Source of the DNA: Alteromonadaceae bacterium
GTDB lineage: Bacteria; Pseudomonadota; Gammaproteobacteria; Enterobacterales; Alteromonadaceae
Assembly (NCBI GenBank): GCA_027013165.1
Contig: JALUXV010000217.1
Location: 1,845 to 65,844, forward strand
DNA length: 64,000 bases
Reading direction: 5' to 3'
The position numbers and the translations under genes are program-made. A model generated the notes under the pieces. The model worked only from the letters and a program-made list of their open reading frames with translations, made no database searches and was not told where the DNA came from. Positions 22,218 to 32,692 of this stretch are shown here, in pieces. How positions within the stretch are numbered: the first letter of the stretch is position 1; each line of letters begins with the position of its first letter.

Positions 22218-22850
22218 TTACACAGCCTCCGCTTCAGAACCGATGATTACCGTAGCGTCATCGACGAATTGGTAAGGTGGAACAACAAGGTTCAATGGTG
22301 CAGGAACGTTTTGAAATACGCGACCAGCCATATCGAACTTAGAGCCGTGACATGGGCAGAAGAAACCGTCTGGAACACCTTCGACAATCTCTTCGAAAGC
22401 ACCGCCTTTAAGGTGTTGTGGAGAACATCCCAAGTGAGTACAGATACCAACAAGGATCAAATATTCATCTTTAAGCGAACGGAAACGGTTTTGCGCAAAC
22501 ACAGGTTGCTGTTCTGCTTCTGAATTAGGATCCTTCAATTCGCCTTCGTGTTTACCCAACTGCTCCAATATCTCAGGAGTACGGCGCACAACCCAAACTG
22601 GTTTGCTTCGCCACATAACACGAATTAACTGTCCAGGCTCAATCCCGCTGATGTCTACTTCAACATCCGCGCCAGCAGCTTTCGCTCTGGCACTAGGATT
22701 CCAGGACGCAATAAAAGGCACTGCCGCACCAACCGCACCTACACCACCAACAACCGACGTGGCAACGGTCAAGAACCGACGACGGGTGTTGTTTTCTGGC
22801 TGGTTTTCGTTGTGTGCAGACTCTGTTGCATCTACAGATACATTGCTCAT
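22218..22850 (-). CDS. petA: Rieske iron-sulfur subunit of the bc1 complex
   Basis: Tat motif RRRFL, CTHLGC and CPCHGS; start 22850 (22856 alternative). Confidence 0.97.
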   Translation of the reverse strand: MSNVSVDATESAHNENQPENNTRRRFLTVATSVVGGVGAVGAAVPFIASWNPSARAKAAGADVEVDISGIEPGQLIRVMWRSKPVWVVRRTPEILEQLGKHEGELKDPNSEAEQQPVFAQNRFRSLKDEYLILVGICTHLGCSPQHLKGGAFEEIVEGVPDGFFCPCHGSKFDMAGRVFQNVPAPLNLVVPPYQFVDDATVIIGSEAEAV

Positions 22851-23196
22851 CCACATTTCTCCAGGTTCGGATAATTATGATGCTTAAACCAGACTTATAC
22901 TGGTCTTATTTTGCCTGTTTCATCACATCATATTGGCTTGTCGTAATGTACGCTTTTCAAGGTAAACACCCCTTCAAACGTCTTCACGAAAGTTTTCTAA
23001 ATTTTCGACCGCAAATGATAAAAGAAAAGCCCTTATAAACACAAGGTTTTACTGGTATTTAAGCGATAAATTAATCTTTGAATAGCATAAACAATTAGCC
23101 CTAGATTAGACATAAATCAACAATTTGACGATTAACTCACAACATATGGGAGTCACATTAAACAAATATCATGGTCCAGAACTATAAAAGAGGTAT

Positions 23197-23225
23197 AAAA
23201 AAACCCGGTATAAAACCGGGTTTTT
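23197..23225 (-). terminator. Terminator after rplM-rpsI
   Basis: AAAAAAACCCGGT-ATAAA-ACCGGGTTTTT. Confidence 0.85.
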
Positions 23226-23243
23226 GAATTGAAAACGTAAAAA

Positions 23244-23636
23244 TTAACGCTTTGAGAATTGTGGACGCTTACGCGCTTTGTGTAGACCCACTTTCTTACG
23301 TTCAACGCGACGTGCATCACGAGTAACGAAGCCAGCCTTACGTAGTGCAGGGCGAAGTGCTTCATCGTACTCCATAAGAGCACGAGTGATACCGTGACGG
23401 ATTGCGCCAGCTTGACCGTTAGAACCACCACCTTTAACAGTGATGTATAGGTCAAACTTTTCAGTCATTTCAACAAGTTCAAGTGGCTGACGAACAACCA
23501 TGCACTCTGTTTCACGACCAAAGTACTCATCAAGAGCGCGTTGGTTTACTTTAATGCTACCTGTGCCTGGACGTAGGAACACACGAGCAGTAGAACTTTT
23601 GCGGCGGCCTGTGCCGTAGTATTGAGTATCTGCCAT
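23244..23636 (-). CDS. rpsI: 30S ribosomal protein S9
   Basis: [27 protein letters not shown]. Confidence 0.99.
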   Translation of the reverse strand: MADTQYYGTGRRKSSTARVFLRPGTGSIKVNQRALDEYFGRETECMVVRQPLELVEMTEKFDLYITVKGGGSNGQAGAIRHGITRALMEYDEALRPALRKAGFVTRDARRVERKKVGLHKARKRPQFSKR

Positions 23637-23648
23637 GTTAGTAGCTCC

Positions 23649-24077
23649 TTAGATGTCCAAAACTTGTGGTTGCTGTGCAGTGTGCTTGTGTTCAGCACCT
23701 GCGTAAACTTTCATTTTACGGAACATTGCACGACCTAGAGGGCCTTTTGGCAACATGCCTTTAACTGCTTTTTCAAGTACCATTTCTGGCTTGTGAGCAA
23801 TTAGCTTTTCAAAGTTTGTCTCTTTTAGACCACCTGGGTAACCAGAGTGCGCATAGTACATTTTGTCTTGCGCTTTACGGCCTGTTACCGCTACTTTTTC
23901 AGCATTAATAACTACAATGTAGTCACCAGTGTCCACGTGAGGAGTGTACTCTGGCTTGTGCTTGCCACGTAGGCGAAGTGCGATTTCAGAAGCCAAACGG
24001 CCTAGAGTTTTGTCTGTGGCGTCAACCACATACCAGTCACGTTGTACCGTTTCTGGCTTAGCAACAAAAGTTTTCAT
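23649..24077 (-). CDS. rplM: 50S ribosomal protein L13
   Basis: [33 protein letters not shown]. Confidence 0.99.
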   Translation of the reverse strand: MKTFVAKPETVQRDWYVVDATDKTLGRLASEIALRLRGKHKPEYTPHVDTGDYIVVINAEKVAVTGRKAQDKMYYAHSGYPGGLKETNFEKLIAHKPEMVLEKAVKGMLPKGPLGRAMFRKMKVYAGAEHKHTAQQPQVLDI

Positions 24078-24241
24078 TTAAATTTACCCGAAAATATATC
24101 GTCGTTACTGATTTCTGAACACCAGAAATCACCTTAAAATCAACACTATGACCCCTTCGAGCCGGATGATTCTTCCACCTTCCCAAAGGTGGGCGTAACT
24201 GGGCAGGCCGCGAATTATACAGGAATTACCTCAAATGCGAA
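24078..24241 (-). promoter_or_regulatory. rplM promoter and structured 5' leader (L13 autoregulatory leader-like)
   Basis: TGTATAAT (-10 at 24214-24219) followed by GC-rich discriminator TCGCGGCC; hairpins at 24175-24192 and 24109-24131; GCTCGAAGGGGT motif recalled from gammaproteobacterial rplM leaders; weak SD. Confidence 0.6.
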
Positions 24242-24277
24242 CCCCTAATTGCGAAAAAGTGACGAGTTTTCCATCAT

Positions 24278-25096
24278 TTATTTATCGAGCGATTTGACTT
24301 GCTGCCACAGGGCTTCCATTTCGTCCAATGTCATTGAGTCCAACTGTTGCCCCTGTTCAGCAGCAAGTTGTTCAACCTTATTGAAACGAGCAGAGAATTT
24401 GTGACTCGCTTTTCTCAGAGCCGTATCGGCATCCACCTTTGCATGGCGTGCTAAATTCACCATAGCAAACAAAGCATCACCAATTTCTTCTTCTAAGGCA
24501 CTTTGGTCAATATCCTTTTGTACAAGCTCCTGCTGAATCTCACTCACCTCTTCTTTCACTTTATCAAGCACCGGTGCGATATCAGGCCAATCAAAGCCGA
24601 CTTTGGCGCATGCTTTTTGGAGCTTTTGCGCATGCATGAGCGCGGGCAATCCAGAGGGAACAGTATCAAGCAAATACGATTGCTTTGAGCTAGCCTTTTG
24701 CGCTTTTTCAAAAGCTTTAATGGCGTCCCATTGTGCGGCTAGGTCAGCCTGACCCATTTCTTTTTGTGGCTCAGAGAATACGTGAGGATGACGCCTCACC
24801 AACTTGTCGCTTATGGTACGGGCCACGTCATTGAAATCAAAGTCACCAGATTCTTGAGCTATCCTTGCATAAAAAACTACTTGAAAGAGTAAGTCACCCA
24901 ATTCATCTTTTACGTCACCCATATCGTTAGACGCAATGGCATCTGCAACTTCGTAGGTCTCTTCAATAGTATATCGAACGAGTGAGTCCATGGTTTGCTC
25001 AACATCCCAAGGGCATCCCTCGGTGGGATGCCTTAGTTGTGCCATGATGTCGAGCAACCTTGCCAGTTGATCGTCAGAATTGTTTGCGTTTCGCAT
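24278..25096 (-). CDS. mazG: Nucleoside triphosphate pyrophosphohydrolase MazG
   Basis: GCPWD, IEETYEV, ELGDLLFQVVF, RRHPHVF, second domain GFDW...EEIGD; overlaps the relA end. Confidence 0.96.
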   Translation of the reverse strand: MRNANNSDDQLARLLDIMAQLRHPTEGCPWDVEQTMDSLVRYTIEETYEVADAIASNDMGDVKDELGDLLFQVVFYARIAQESGDFDFNDVARTISDKLVRRHPHVFSEPQKEMGQADLAAQWDAIKAFEKAQKASSKQSYLLDTVPSGLPALMHAQKLQKACAKVGFDWPDIAPVLDKVKEEVSEIQQELVQKDIDQSALEEEIGDALFAMVNLARHAKVDADTALRKASHKFSARFNKVEQLAAEQGQQLDSMTLDEMEALWQQVKSLDK

Positions 25097-27254
25097 CAGT
25101 GACTCCCTTCAATTGACGCAAGCGGGATATAACCTTAGAAACAGAGTCTAGATCTTGTACTTCAATAGATATGGTAATTAGGGCGGTTTGCCTGTGAGTA
25201 TCGCTCAAGCTATTCACGCCAAGTAAAGGCACTCCTTCGTTGGCTAGTACAGTGGTAATATCTCTCAGTAATCCGGTTCTGTCATTGCAGAAAATATCGA
25301 TTGATGTTTCAAAACCTACTTTTAACGCTGAAGACCAATTCACCTCTATTTGACGCTCTGGGTGTTGCACCAATAAGTGCTGTAGTTGGTCACAGCTTTC
25401 CTTGTGTACACTCACCCCGCGACCTTGGGTGATATATCCCATAATTTTCTCACCGGGTACTGGCTTGCAGCAATTCGCTAACTGACTCATTAAGTGACCC
25501 ACACCCTGCACAACCACAGCGTCTTTCTTACCTTTACCCGCTGCCTCTTTGCGGGTTTTCACTCGTGGGCTGATTTCTGGCTCTTCTTTAGGTGCGGTCA
25601 ATTGGTGAAGGAAGTTCACCACCTGCATCACCCTGACATCGCCAGCACCTAATGCAGTGTATAGATCATCAAGAGATTGAACATTAAAACGTTCCCAGGT
25701 CTCTTTGGGCACTTTAGTGGGTAGGTTAGCTCGCTGGAGCTCACGCTCTAGTAGCTCCTTTCCTGCCACTGAGTTTTTGTCGCGGTCTTGCTTCTTGAAG
25801 TAAGAGTGAATTGTCGCTCTAGCGCGATTCGAATGCACGTACCCCAACCCCGGATGCATCCAATCTCGACTTGGGTTAAGTGCCTTACCAGTAAGAATTT
25901 CTACCTGATCACCACTTTGCAGTTGATATGTAAAAGGAACAATACGTCCATTCACTTTTGCTCCAATACATCTATGGCCCACATTGCTGTGAATGTAGTA
26001 AGCGAAATCGAGTGGCGTTGCGCCCTGTGGTAAATCAATGACGTCGCCGTTAGGGGTAAATACGTAAACTCTGTCATCGAAAACCTGGCTACGTAATTCT
26101 TCTACTAAATCACCAGACTCCGCAACTTCTTCTTGCCACTGTAAAATGCGACGAAGCCAATTAATTCGCTCGTCATATCCCGATTGCTTGCCTGTCGAGC
26201 CTTCTTTGTACTTCCAATGAGCCGCTACCCCTAACTCGGCATCTTGGTGCATTTGCTGGGTACGTATTTGAATTTCAACCGGCTTGCCTTCAGGCCCAAC
26301 TATAATAGTGTGAATCGACTGATACCCGTTAGCCTTTGGGGTAGCAATATAATCGTCAAATTCACTGGGTAAGTGCTTAAAGTGAGCGTGAACCGTACCT
26401 AATGCTGCGTAACAATCTTGCAAACGTTCGGCGATAATTCTTACCGCACGAATATCGAACAGTTGCTCAAAAGTAAGATGCTTTTTCTGCATCTTCTTCC
26501 AAATGCTAAAGATATGTTTTGGTCGGCCGTATACCTCTGCTTTAATTCGCTCATCGTTTAACAACGACTGTAAGTCACCAACGATAGACTCAATATATTC
26601 AGCGCGGGCTTTGCGTTTACCATCAAGTTGTTTAGCAATTTGTTTGTACGTGTCTGGATGCAGATACCTAAAGGCAAGGTCCTCTAATTCCCATTTCAAC
26701 TGACCGATTCCAAGGCGGTTCGCCAACGGCGCGTAAATAGTTGCACACTCTCTTGCAACCATTACACGAGTTTCTTCATCGGCTTTTTTAACTTGCTGTA
26801 AAGCACAGATGCGTTCTGCCATTTTAATCACTACGGCGCGAACGTCTTCTACCATAGCCAGTAGCATTCTGCGAATACTGTCTATGTGCTGTTCATCTGA
26901 CTTTTCACCAAAAGCACTGTCAGAAATCTTGCGAGAATGTAGGGTCTTAATAGCGTCCATACGCCTAACCCCCACCACGATGTCTTTTACTTCTTCTCCA
27001 AACTCCTTTTCGATATCGTCTTCACAAAGCAAATGCTGCTCGCAGTATGGGAAAATAAGGGCAGATTGGAGCGTAATATCATCCATATTGAGCTGGCACA
27101 AAATCTCCACCATTTCTTGCCCAATAAGCAAGCGCTCGGGAATTTCGGAAACACTGCGAAGCTTGTCTTTCGTTTCTTCAGTCAGTTCAAGACTATCTAA
27201 CCACTTCTCAAAGGAGGGTCGATCTGATTCGTGAACTTTTCTAGTTGATACCAT
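25074..27254 (-). CDS. relA: (p)ppGpp synthetase RelA
   Basis: Degenerate HD domain, YAPLANRLG, GRPKHIFSI, EFDDY, TGS (TPLDFAY), CCKPVPG, ACT domain. Confidence 0.97.
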   Translation of the reverse strand: MVSTRKVHESDRPSFEKWLDSLELTEETKDKLRSVSEIPERLLIGQEMVEILCQLNMDDITLQSALIFPYCEQHLLCEDDIEKEFGEEVKDIVVGVRRMDAIKTLHSRKISDSAFGEKSDEQHIDSIRRMLLAMVEDVRAVVIKMAERICALQQVKKADEETRVMVARECATIYAPLANRLGIGQLKWELEDLAFRYLHPDTYKQIAKQLDGKRKARAEYIESIVGDLQSLLNDERIKAEVYGRPKHIFSIWKKMQKKHLTFEQLFDIRAVRIIAERLQDCYAALGTVHAHFKHLPSEFDDYIATPKANGYQSIHTIIVGPEGKPVEIQIRTQQMHQDAELGVAAHWKYKEGSTGKQSGYDERINWLRRILQWQEEVAESGDLVEELRSQVFDDRVYVFTPNGDVIDLPQGATPLDFAYYIHSNVGHRCIGAKVNGRIVPFTYQLQSGDQVEILTGKALNPSRDWMHPGLGYVHSNRARATIHSYFKKQDRDKNSVAGKELLERELQRANLPTKVPKETWERFNVQSLDDLYTALGAGDVRVMQVVNFLHQLTAPKEEPEISPRVKTRKEAAGKGKKDAVVVQGVGHLMSQLANCCKPVPGEKIMGYITQGRGVSVHKESCDQLQHLLVQHPERQIEVNWSSALKVGFETSIDIFCNDRTGLLRDITTVLANEGVPLLGVNSLSDTHRQTALITISIEVQDLDSVSKVISRLRQLKGVTDAKRKQF

Positions 27255-27278
27255 GTTATTACAACTCGTGTTGTTTTA

Positions 27279-28625
27279 TTAACGTGTAAACAGCGCCATC
27301 ATTTCCATATGATGAGTAAAAGGAAACATTTCAACGGCTTTGATTGATTTTACCCTGTAGCCACCGTCTATCAACACTTTTGCGTCTCGCGCAAAGGTAC
27401 TTGGGTTGCAAGAAATATACACGACTAAGGGTATCTTCGCTTTATTTAAGGCATGACACACAGTCAACGCCCCTTCTCTAGATGGGTCCAGCAGTACCTT
27501 GGTAAAATTCTGACGCAAGGCTTGGGTAACACTGTCACTATCCGCAAGGTCAAGATGTTGCCAATGCACATGGTTAATGCCCTGTTCTTGTGCATTTAAC
27601 TCACCACGAGCAACCATATCAGCAACACCCTCGACGGCATGAACCTTTGCGCCAGTAGCAGCAATAGGTAGGGTAAAATTACCTAAACCACAAAACCAAT
27701 CCGCAATGTAATCACCCGATGTTGGAGAAAGCCAATCTAACGCTTGCTTAACCATTTTTAGATTAACGTCGGGGTTTACTTGAACAAAGTTATTCGGTTG
27801 TGGCTTAAGAAACAAACCACTTGCAGTAGACACAGTAAGTTCACCGTGAGCATAAACCGTTTCGAGCGTATTATCTTTGTGTTCAATTACCATATTGACG
27901 GTATGAAGCTCTGCAAACTTAGTAAGTAAATCTGGTAACGAACTCGACGGAGTTTTGGTTAGCTTTATTGATACCTGAACAACATCATCGCCCGCCAATA
28001 AACTAATATGCCCAATAAATTTAGCCAGATTGTTGTCACTAATTAGGGTCTTCAAGGGGGCTATGAGTTCAGACAGCTCAGGCAGTAATACTGCGCAGTG
28101 ATTAATGTCTACCACATTACTTTGCTGCCGTTGTCTGAATCCAATTTTGACCTTGTCTGAGTTTCTCGCATCTACCGCAAGGCGGGCTTTTCTTCTATAT
28201 TGAGGTCGCTTCCCTAACAAAGGGGGCTCCCAGTGGGAATTATCAATATTGAGTTTGCGATTGAGCATAACTTTTAGGGCTTGCTCTCGCAGGGTTAGGG
28301 CAGCATCAGCGTTTATATGCTGTAAATGACATCCGCCACATAAGTTCGCGTATTCACAAAACGGCTCAACGCGAAACTCAGAACACTGAGTTATGTTTTT
28401 TGCTCGTCCCGTTAAGGTGTTCTTCTTTTTACCATCCACCACAACATGGCAGGACTCACCTGGCAGAGCACCGTCAATAAAGTACATGGTCTTGCCTTTC
28501 GCAACGCCTTTACCTTGCCAGTCTAGATGATCAATAACTACTGGCTGACCGCTCAAACCTTGTTGTGTCTTTGAAGCTTTGCCAGCAGATTTCTTTCCTT
28601 TAGCAGGCTTGTAAAAACTTACCAT
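27279..28625 (-). CDS. rlmD: 23S rRNA m5U1939 methyltransferase
   Basis: TRAM domain, CEYANLCGGC Fe-S motif, FCGLGNF, LDPSREG, YISCNP; upstream of relA. Confidence 0.93.
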   Translation of the reverse strand: MVSFYKPAKGKKSAGKASKTQQGLSGQPVVIDHLDWQGKGVAKGKTMYFIDGALPGESCHVVVDGKKKNTLTGRAKNITQCSEFRVEPFCEYANLCGGCHLQHINADAALTLREQALKVMLNRKLNIDNSHWEPPLLGKRPQYRRKARLAVDARNSDKVKIGFRQRQQSNVVDINHCAVLLPELSELIAPLKTLISDNNLAKFIGHISLLAGDDVVQVSIKLTKTPSSSLPDLLTKFAELHTVNMVIEHKDNTLETVYAHGELTVSTASGLFLKPQPNNFVQVNPDVNLKMVKQALDWLSPTSGDYIADWFCGLGNFTLPIAATGAKVHAVEGVADMVARGELNAQEQGINHVHWQHLDLADSDSVTQALRQNFTKVLLDPSREGALTVCHALNKAKIPLVVYISCNPSTFARDAKVLIDGGYRVKSIKAVEMFPFTHHMEMMALFTR

Positions 28626-28649
28626 GTATTCACACCTTGGTATGAAAAG

Positions 28650-29033
28650 TTAATTAGATGACTCAAGCACGACTGTGGCAATGGCGTAGTGACGCTCGTC
28701 AGACAAACTGATGAAGCTTGACGTTATACCCCGTTGGGCAAATAGGGTTTCAGCAAACCCGCTGACTCTTAAATGAGGAGCCCCTTTATCGTCGTTAACC
28801 ACTTCAAAATGTTGCCAGCTCACGCCATTCCCAATCCCCGTTCCTAACGCTTTTACCGCAGCCTCTTTGGCTGCAAAACGCTTGGCCAAAAATTGTAAGG
28901 GGTTACTGTGGGTCTGATAACGGGTAAATTCAGCGTCTGTGAGCACACGCTGTGCAAGTTTGTCTTGAATACCGGGCTTAGTATCTAAGCGAGCAATTTC
29001 GACAATGTCTGTACCTAGGCCAACAACTGCCAC
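28650..29033 (-). CDS. acpS: Holo-ACP synthase
   Basis: GLGTDIVEI, KRFAAKEAAVKALGTG. Confidence 0.96.
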   Translation of the reverse strand: MAVVGLGTDIVEIARLDTKPGIQDKLAQRVLTDAEFTRYQTHSNPLQFLAKRFAAKEAAVKALGTGIGNGVSWQHFEVVNDDKGAPHLRVSGFAETLFAQRGITSSFISLSDERHYAIATVVLESSN

Positions 29034-29042
29034 GTCGAACTC

Positions 29043-29780
29043 CTATATGCCTTGACGGGCTTCAAGCATTAATCGACGCATATCAGCGACGGCAGAATGC
29101 AATCCGTCGAATGCTGCTCGGGCAATAATTGCGTGGCCGATATTAAGCTCAATGATTTGTTCAATGGCCGCAATAGGCTTAACATTATGATAATGCAGTC
29201 CATGCCCAGCGTTCACTTTTAACCCTAGGTTATGCGCGTATTCAATACCCGCTTTTAAGCGCTCAAGCTCTTCTAATGCTTGACGTTCGCTAGTGGCTTC
29301 GGCGTACTGCCCCGTGTGAATTTCAATATAAGGCGCTTTGCAGGCAACCGCAGCATCAATTTGAGCCTTGTCTGCATCGATAAACAAAGACACTTGAATG
29401 TCAGCATCGGCTAAACGCTCACAAGCGTTTCTGACTTGCGCTAAATTACCAGCAACGTCAAGTCCACCTTCAGTAGTCAATTCTTCGCGCTTTTCAGGTA
29501 CTAGACAACAAAACGTCGGCTTAACTTTCTCAGCGATTGCGAGCATTTCATCGGTCACCGCCATTTCAAGATTAAGGCGAGTATTTATGGTTTGCGCCAG
29601 CAACTCAACATCGCGATCTTTAATATGTCGGCGATCTTCACGTAAATGAACAGTAATACCATCAGCCCCCGCCCTTTCCGCGATATCAGCGGCATGCACA
29701 GGATCAGGATAATGTGTACCTCTGGCATTACGCAAGGTTGCGATATGATCGATATTTACGCCTAGTAATACTGCACTCAT
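29043..29780 (-). CDS. pdxJ: Pyridoxine 5'-phosphate synthase
   Basis: [34 protein letters not shown]. Confidence 0.98.
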   Translation of the reverse strand: MSAVLLGVNIDHIATLRNARGTHYPDPVHAADIAERAGADGITVHLREDRRHIKDRDVELLAQTINTRLNLEMAVTDEMLAIAEKVKPTFCCLVPEKREELTTEGGLDVAGNLAQVRNACERLADADIQVSLFIDADKAQIDAAVACKAPYIEIHTGQYAEATSERQALEELERLKAGIEYAHNLGLKVNAGHGLHYHNVKPIAAIEQIIELNIGHAIIARAAFDGLHSAVADMRRLMLEARQGI

Positions 29781-29898
29781 AAACTATACATCCTAAAAAA
29801 TAGATATTGGTAGGGGCTGGATACCTTGCTTAACAGGCCCTAGTGTATCAAAAAATAATATTCGATGGGCAATAAGGTCGAGCTTGATGGGCTTACTC

Positions 29899-30594
29899 CT
29901 AAGAGAAAAGCTCTCGACTCTTTAGCGGTTTATTTCCAATTAATGGGGCGAGTAATAGTCTAACTAATACTTTTGCTACTTTTTTGGTTTGAGGTGTCAG
30001 TTCACCATCCGCTAACGCTATTAGTATACGTCCGGGAAAGAGTTGGAGTTTACTCATGTTGGGATGAAACTCAGTGAACCCTACTTCGGGAATAAGCACA
30101 TAGTGACTGTTTTCATTGAGTGGTTCACTACTTTGTGCATCGGTAGAAAAATCAGGTAATACACCAAGCTCGTCGAACAAACAGAATTCAAACTGACGAA
30201 GTACCCATTCCATATCTTCATTCGCATACATGGCTTGCAAAGCGTTTTGGTACGCATGAAAAACGCTATCTGATGCCATACCCGAAGGGAGTAATCGCGT
30301 AACAAGTTCGTTGAGATACATGGCACAAAACATAGGCTTGCCGACTAACATCAATGTTGGGCCTGCACTTTCAACCCGTTTCAAATTTTGTAACTCACCT
30401 TTACCAGTAAAGCTTACATGTAATGGTTGAAAGGGTTGAAGTAAGCTCTTTTTGTCTGACTTACTGTTTTTCACTCCCCGTGCAACCGCGCGAATACATC
30501 CTTGTTCAAGGGTAAAAAAGTCGACTAAATAACTGGTCTCGCGATAGGGTCGTCGATGAAGCACGTAACCAAGAAAACTGTTCTCTTGCTTCAT
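29899..30594 (-). CDS. recO: DNA repair protein RecO
   Basis: VLHRRPYRETS, LQPFQPL, MYLNEL, LRQFE, PLKSRELF. Confidence 0.95.
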   Translation of the reverse strand: MKQENSFLGYVLHRRPYRETSYLVDFFTLEQGCIRAVARGVKNSKSDKKSLLQPFQPLHVSFTGKGELQNLKRVESAGPTLMLVGKPMFCAMYLNELVTRLLPSGMASDSVFHAYQNALQAMYANEDMEWVLRQFEFCLFDELGVLPDFSTDAQSSEPLNENSHYVLIPEVGFTEFHPNMSKLQLFPGRILIALADGELTPQTKKVAKVLVRLLLAPLIGNKPLKSRELFS

Positions 30595-30603
30595 TATGTA
30601 ACC

Positions 30604-30882
30604 TTACGCACGCTTTATTCTAACCACTTTCATGGTTTCAAATTCGATACCGGCGACGTCTTCCACGTGACGGTAGTAGGTAAGATTAACGCGAGCGCCT
30701 TGTAAACTCTGGTAGCGCTGCTTGCGCTTGTAAACAAAGGGCACGTTAACATCCTCCAGCATCAATGTGTGACGGACCCAATCTCCCTCATCCCGCTGAA
30801 CATGAGACACTACTTTAACGTTGTCAGATTGGTTTAACTGCTGATGCTTGCTCAGCAGCACACTACGCTCGTCTTTAGCCAT
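30604..30882 (-). CDS. Hypothetical protein, 92 aa, beta-rich and basic
   Basis: ATG overlaps the recJ stop (8 bp); ends 9 nt before recO; fills the gap exactly. Confidence 0.8.
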   Translation of the reverse strand: MAKDERSVLLSKHQQLNQSDNVKVVSHVQRDEGDWVRHTLMLEDVNVPFVYKRKQRYQSLQGARVNLTYYRHVEDVAGIEFETMKVVRIKRA

Positions 30883-32599
30883 AAGGGGTGATTTGCTCTA
30901 CAATGAATTGCACTGACTCTTGACCGCGAAACACATTAATATCCAAACGATAAGCCAAGGAGACTTGGTGAACATGGTTATTAGGCCAAGCATCTATATC
31001 AACATTAAAAGCAATAGCGTCCACTTCCTTTCCGCTATCGTCTCTTAGTACCATTTTGAGATGCTTTTCGCCCACAATACGCTGCTGAACCAAGGTAAAT
31101 ACACCGTCAAACAAAGGGGCATCAAACCCCTGTCCAAAAGGGCCAGACTGACGAAGTATTTTGGCAAAGGGCAAGCTTATGTCGTGATGCGTTAACTGCC
31201 CATCAGACAAAATAACCTGTTGCCCATCAAGCTTAGCTAGATGCTGCTCAGTCACTGTAACAAAGGCGCGAGTGAAAGCTTCTAAGTGAGTCAATGGAAT
31301 ACTTAATCCTGCTGCCATGGCATGTCCACCGAACTTTTCGATAATATTCGGATGTTTAGTATTAACCTCGTCCAATACATCGCGAATATGCACGCCAGAA
31401 ATAGATCGCGCCGACCCTTTAATTACCTTATCGTCTTGATGGGCAAACGCAATAACAGGGCGCAAATACTTTTCTTTTAAACGCCCTGCTACAATGCCAA
31501 CAACCCCTTGATGGAAATCCTCTTGATACACCACCAAGGCACTGGGAATATCACCTTCATCTAATTCCATTGCCTTTAGTGTTTGTTCGGCTTGGGCTTT
31601 CATCCCCGCTTCTATCTCTCGACGTTCTCGATTTAGGGAATCTAGTTCCGCGGCCATCATACGGGCTTGAAGTACGTTGTTTTCCATCAGGCACGCAATA
31701 CCCAAGGCCATGTCATCCAGTCGCCCTGCGGCATTTAATCGCGGCCCCACCACAAAACCTAGATCCGTTGAGGTGAGGTGTGTTCCTTCTCGCCCAGCAA
31801 CATCAACAATGGCTTGAATACCAGGGCGACAGCGCCCAGAGCGAATCCTTTGTAGTCCTTGATGTACCAATATGCGGTTATTCTTGTCTAGTGTTACCAC
31901 GTCGGCTACTGTCCCCACTGCAACAATATCGAGTAAATCAGCTAGATTGGGAGGTGTGATTTGCTTTCTAGTAAACCATTCGCGAGAAGCCAACTCAGCT
32001 TTAATTGCCAACATAAGGTAAAAAGCAACACCCACCCCTGCAATATGCTTAGAAACGAATGAACAACCCGGCTGATTTGGATTAACGATAGCATCTGCAT
32101 TGGGGAGTAATTCTCCGGGTAAGTGATGATCGGTAACCACCACTTGCATACCTAAGGCTTTCGCTCGCTCAACACCTTCGACACAAGCGATACCGTTGTC
32201 CACTGTAATGATTACTTGTGAGCCCTGCTCATGGGCAATGTCCACAATAGGAACACTCAGCCCGTAACCAAAGTCAAAACGATTAGGCACCAGAAAATTT
32301 ACCGATGCAGCCCCCATTTGTTGCATTGCCAACATACAAACGGCAGTACTGGTTGCCCCATCAGCATCAAAATCTCCAACAATCGTTAAGGTTTTATTGT
32401 GCTCGATTGCATCTGCAACAATAGTCGCTGCTTGCTCAATACCTTTTAAACCATTGTAATGGGCTAACCCCTTGAGGCCAGTATCAAGTTCTTCAAGTAT
32501 TTGGATGTTTCTACCGCGATAGATACGGTCTAAAACGGGGTGTAAATCAGCGCCCAGTGACCCCTCACCGATCTCTCGGCGAACAATAGGCAATATCAT
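30875..32599 (-). CDS. recJ: ssDNA-specific exonuclease RecJ
   Basis: VGDFDADGAT, TVDNG, TDHH, GPRLNAAGR, GGHAMAAG. Confidence 0.97.
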   Translation of the reverse strand: MILPIVRREIGEGSLGADLHPVLDRIYRGRNIQILEELDTGLKGLAHYNGLKGIEQAATIVADAIEHNKTLTIVGDFDADGATSTAVCMLAMQQMGAASVNFLVPNRFDFGYGLSVPIVDIAHEQGSQVIITVDNGIACVEGVERAKALGMQVVVTDHHLPGELLPNADAIVNPNQPGCSFVSKHIAGVGVAFYLMLAIKAELASREWFTRKQITPPNLADLLDIVAVGTVADVVTLDKNNRILVHQGLQRIRSGRCRPGIQAIVDVAGREGTHLTSTDLGFVVGPRLNAAGRLDDMALGIACLMENNVLQARMMAAELDSLNRERREIEAGMKAQAEQTLKAMELDEGDIPSALVVYQEDFHQGVVGIVAGRLKEKYLRPVIAFAHQDDKVIKGSARSISGVHIRDVLDEVNTKHPNIIEKFGGHAMAAGLSIPLTHLEAFTRAFVTVTEQHLAKLDGQQVILSDGQLTHHDISLPFAKILRQSGPFGQGFDAPLFDGVFTLVQQRIVGEKHLKMVLRDDSGKEVDAIAFNVDIDAWPNNHVHQVSLAYRLDINVFRGQESVQFIVEQITPYG

Positions 32600-32692
32600 C
32601 TGTTTTCACTCTTTTGATAAGTGTGTCTATGATACGGCGATGACGGGAAGAGGTAAACGGTGGTAACGCGATATCACCACCGGTGAGGTAAA

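Noticed and set aside
22968-22986. GAAGGGGT shared between the petA and rplM leaders
   Set aside because: Only an 8-nt identity without shared structure; likely chance.
23107-23120. FNR-like site TAGAC-N4-ATCAA upstream of petABC
   Set aside because: Two mismatches in ten positions in AT-rich DNA; too weak to call.
24278-25096. mazG as a toxin-antitoxin or anti-phage signal
   Set aside because: Canonical two-domain housekeeping MazG coupled to relA; no mazEF or defence genes adjacent.
32658-32682. Hairpin CGGTGGT/ACCACCG between dsbC and recJ as a REP-like repeat
   Set aside because: Single copy in the window with a 7-bp stem; more simply a weak terminator or stabiliser.
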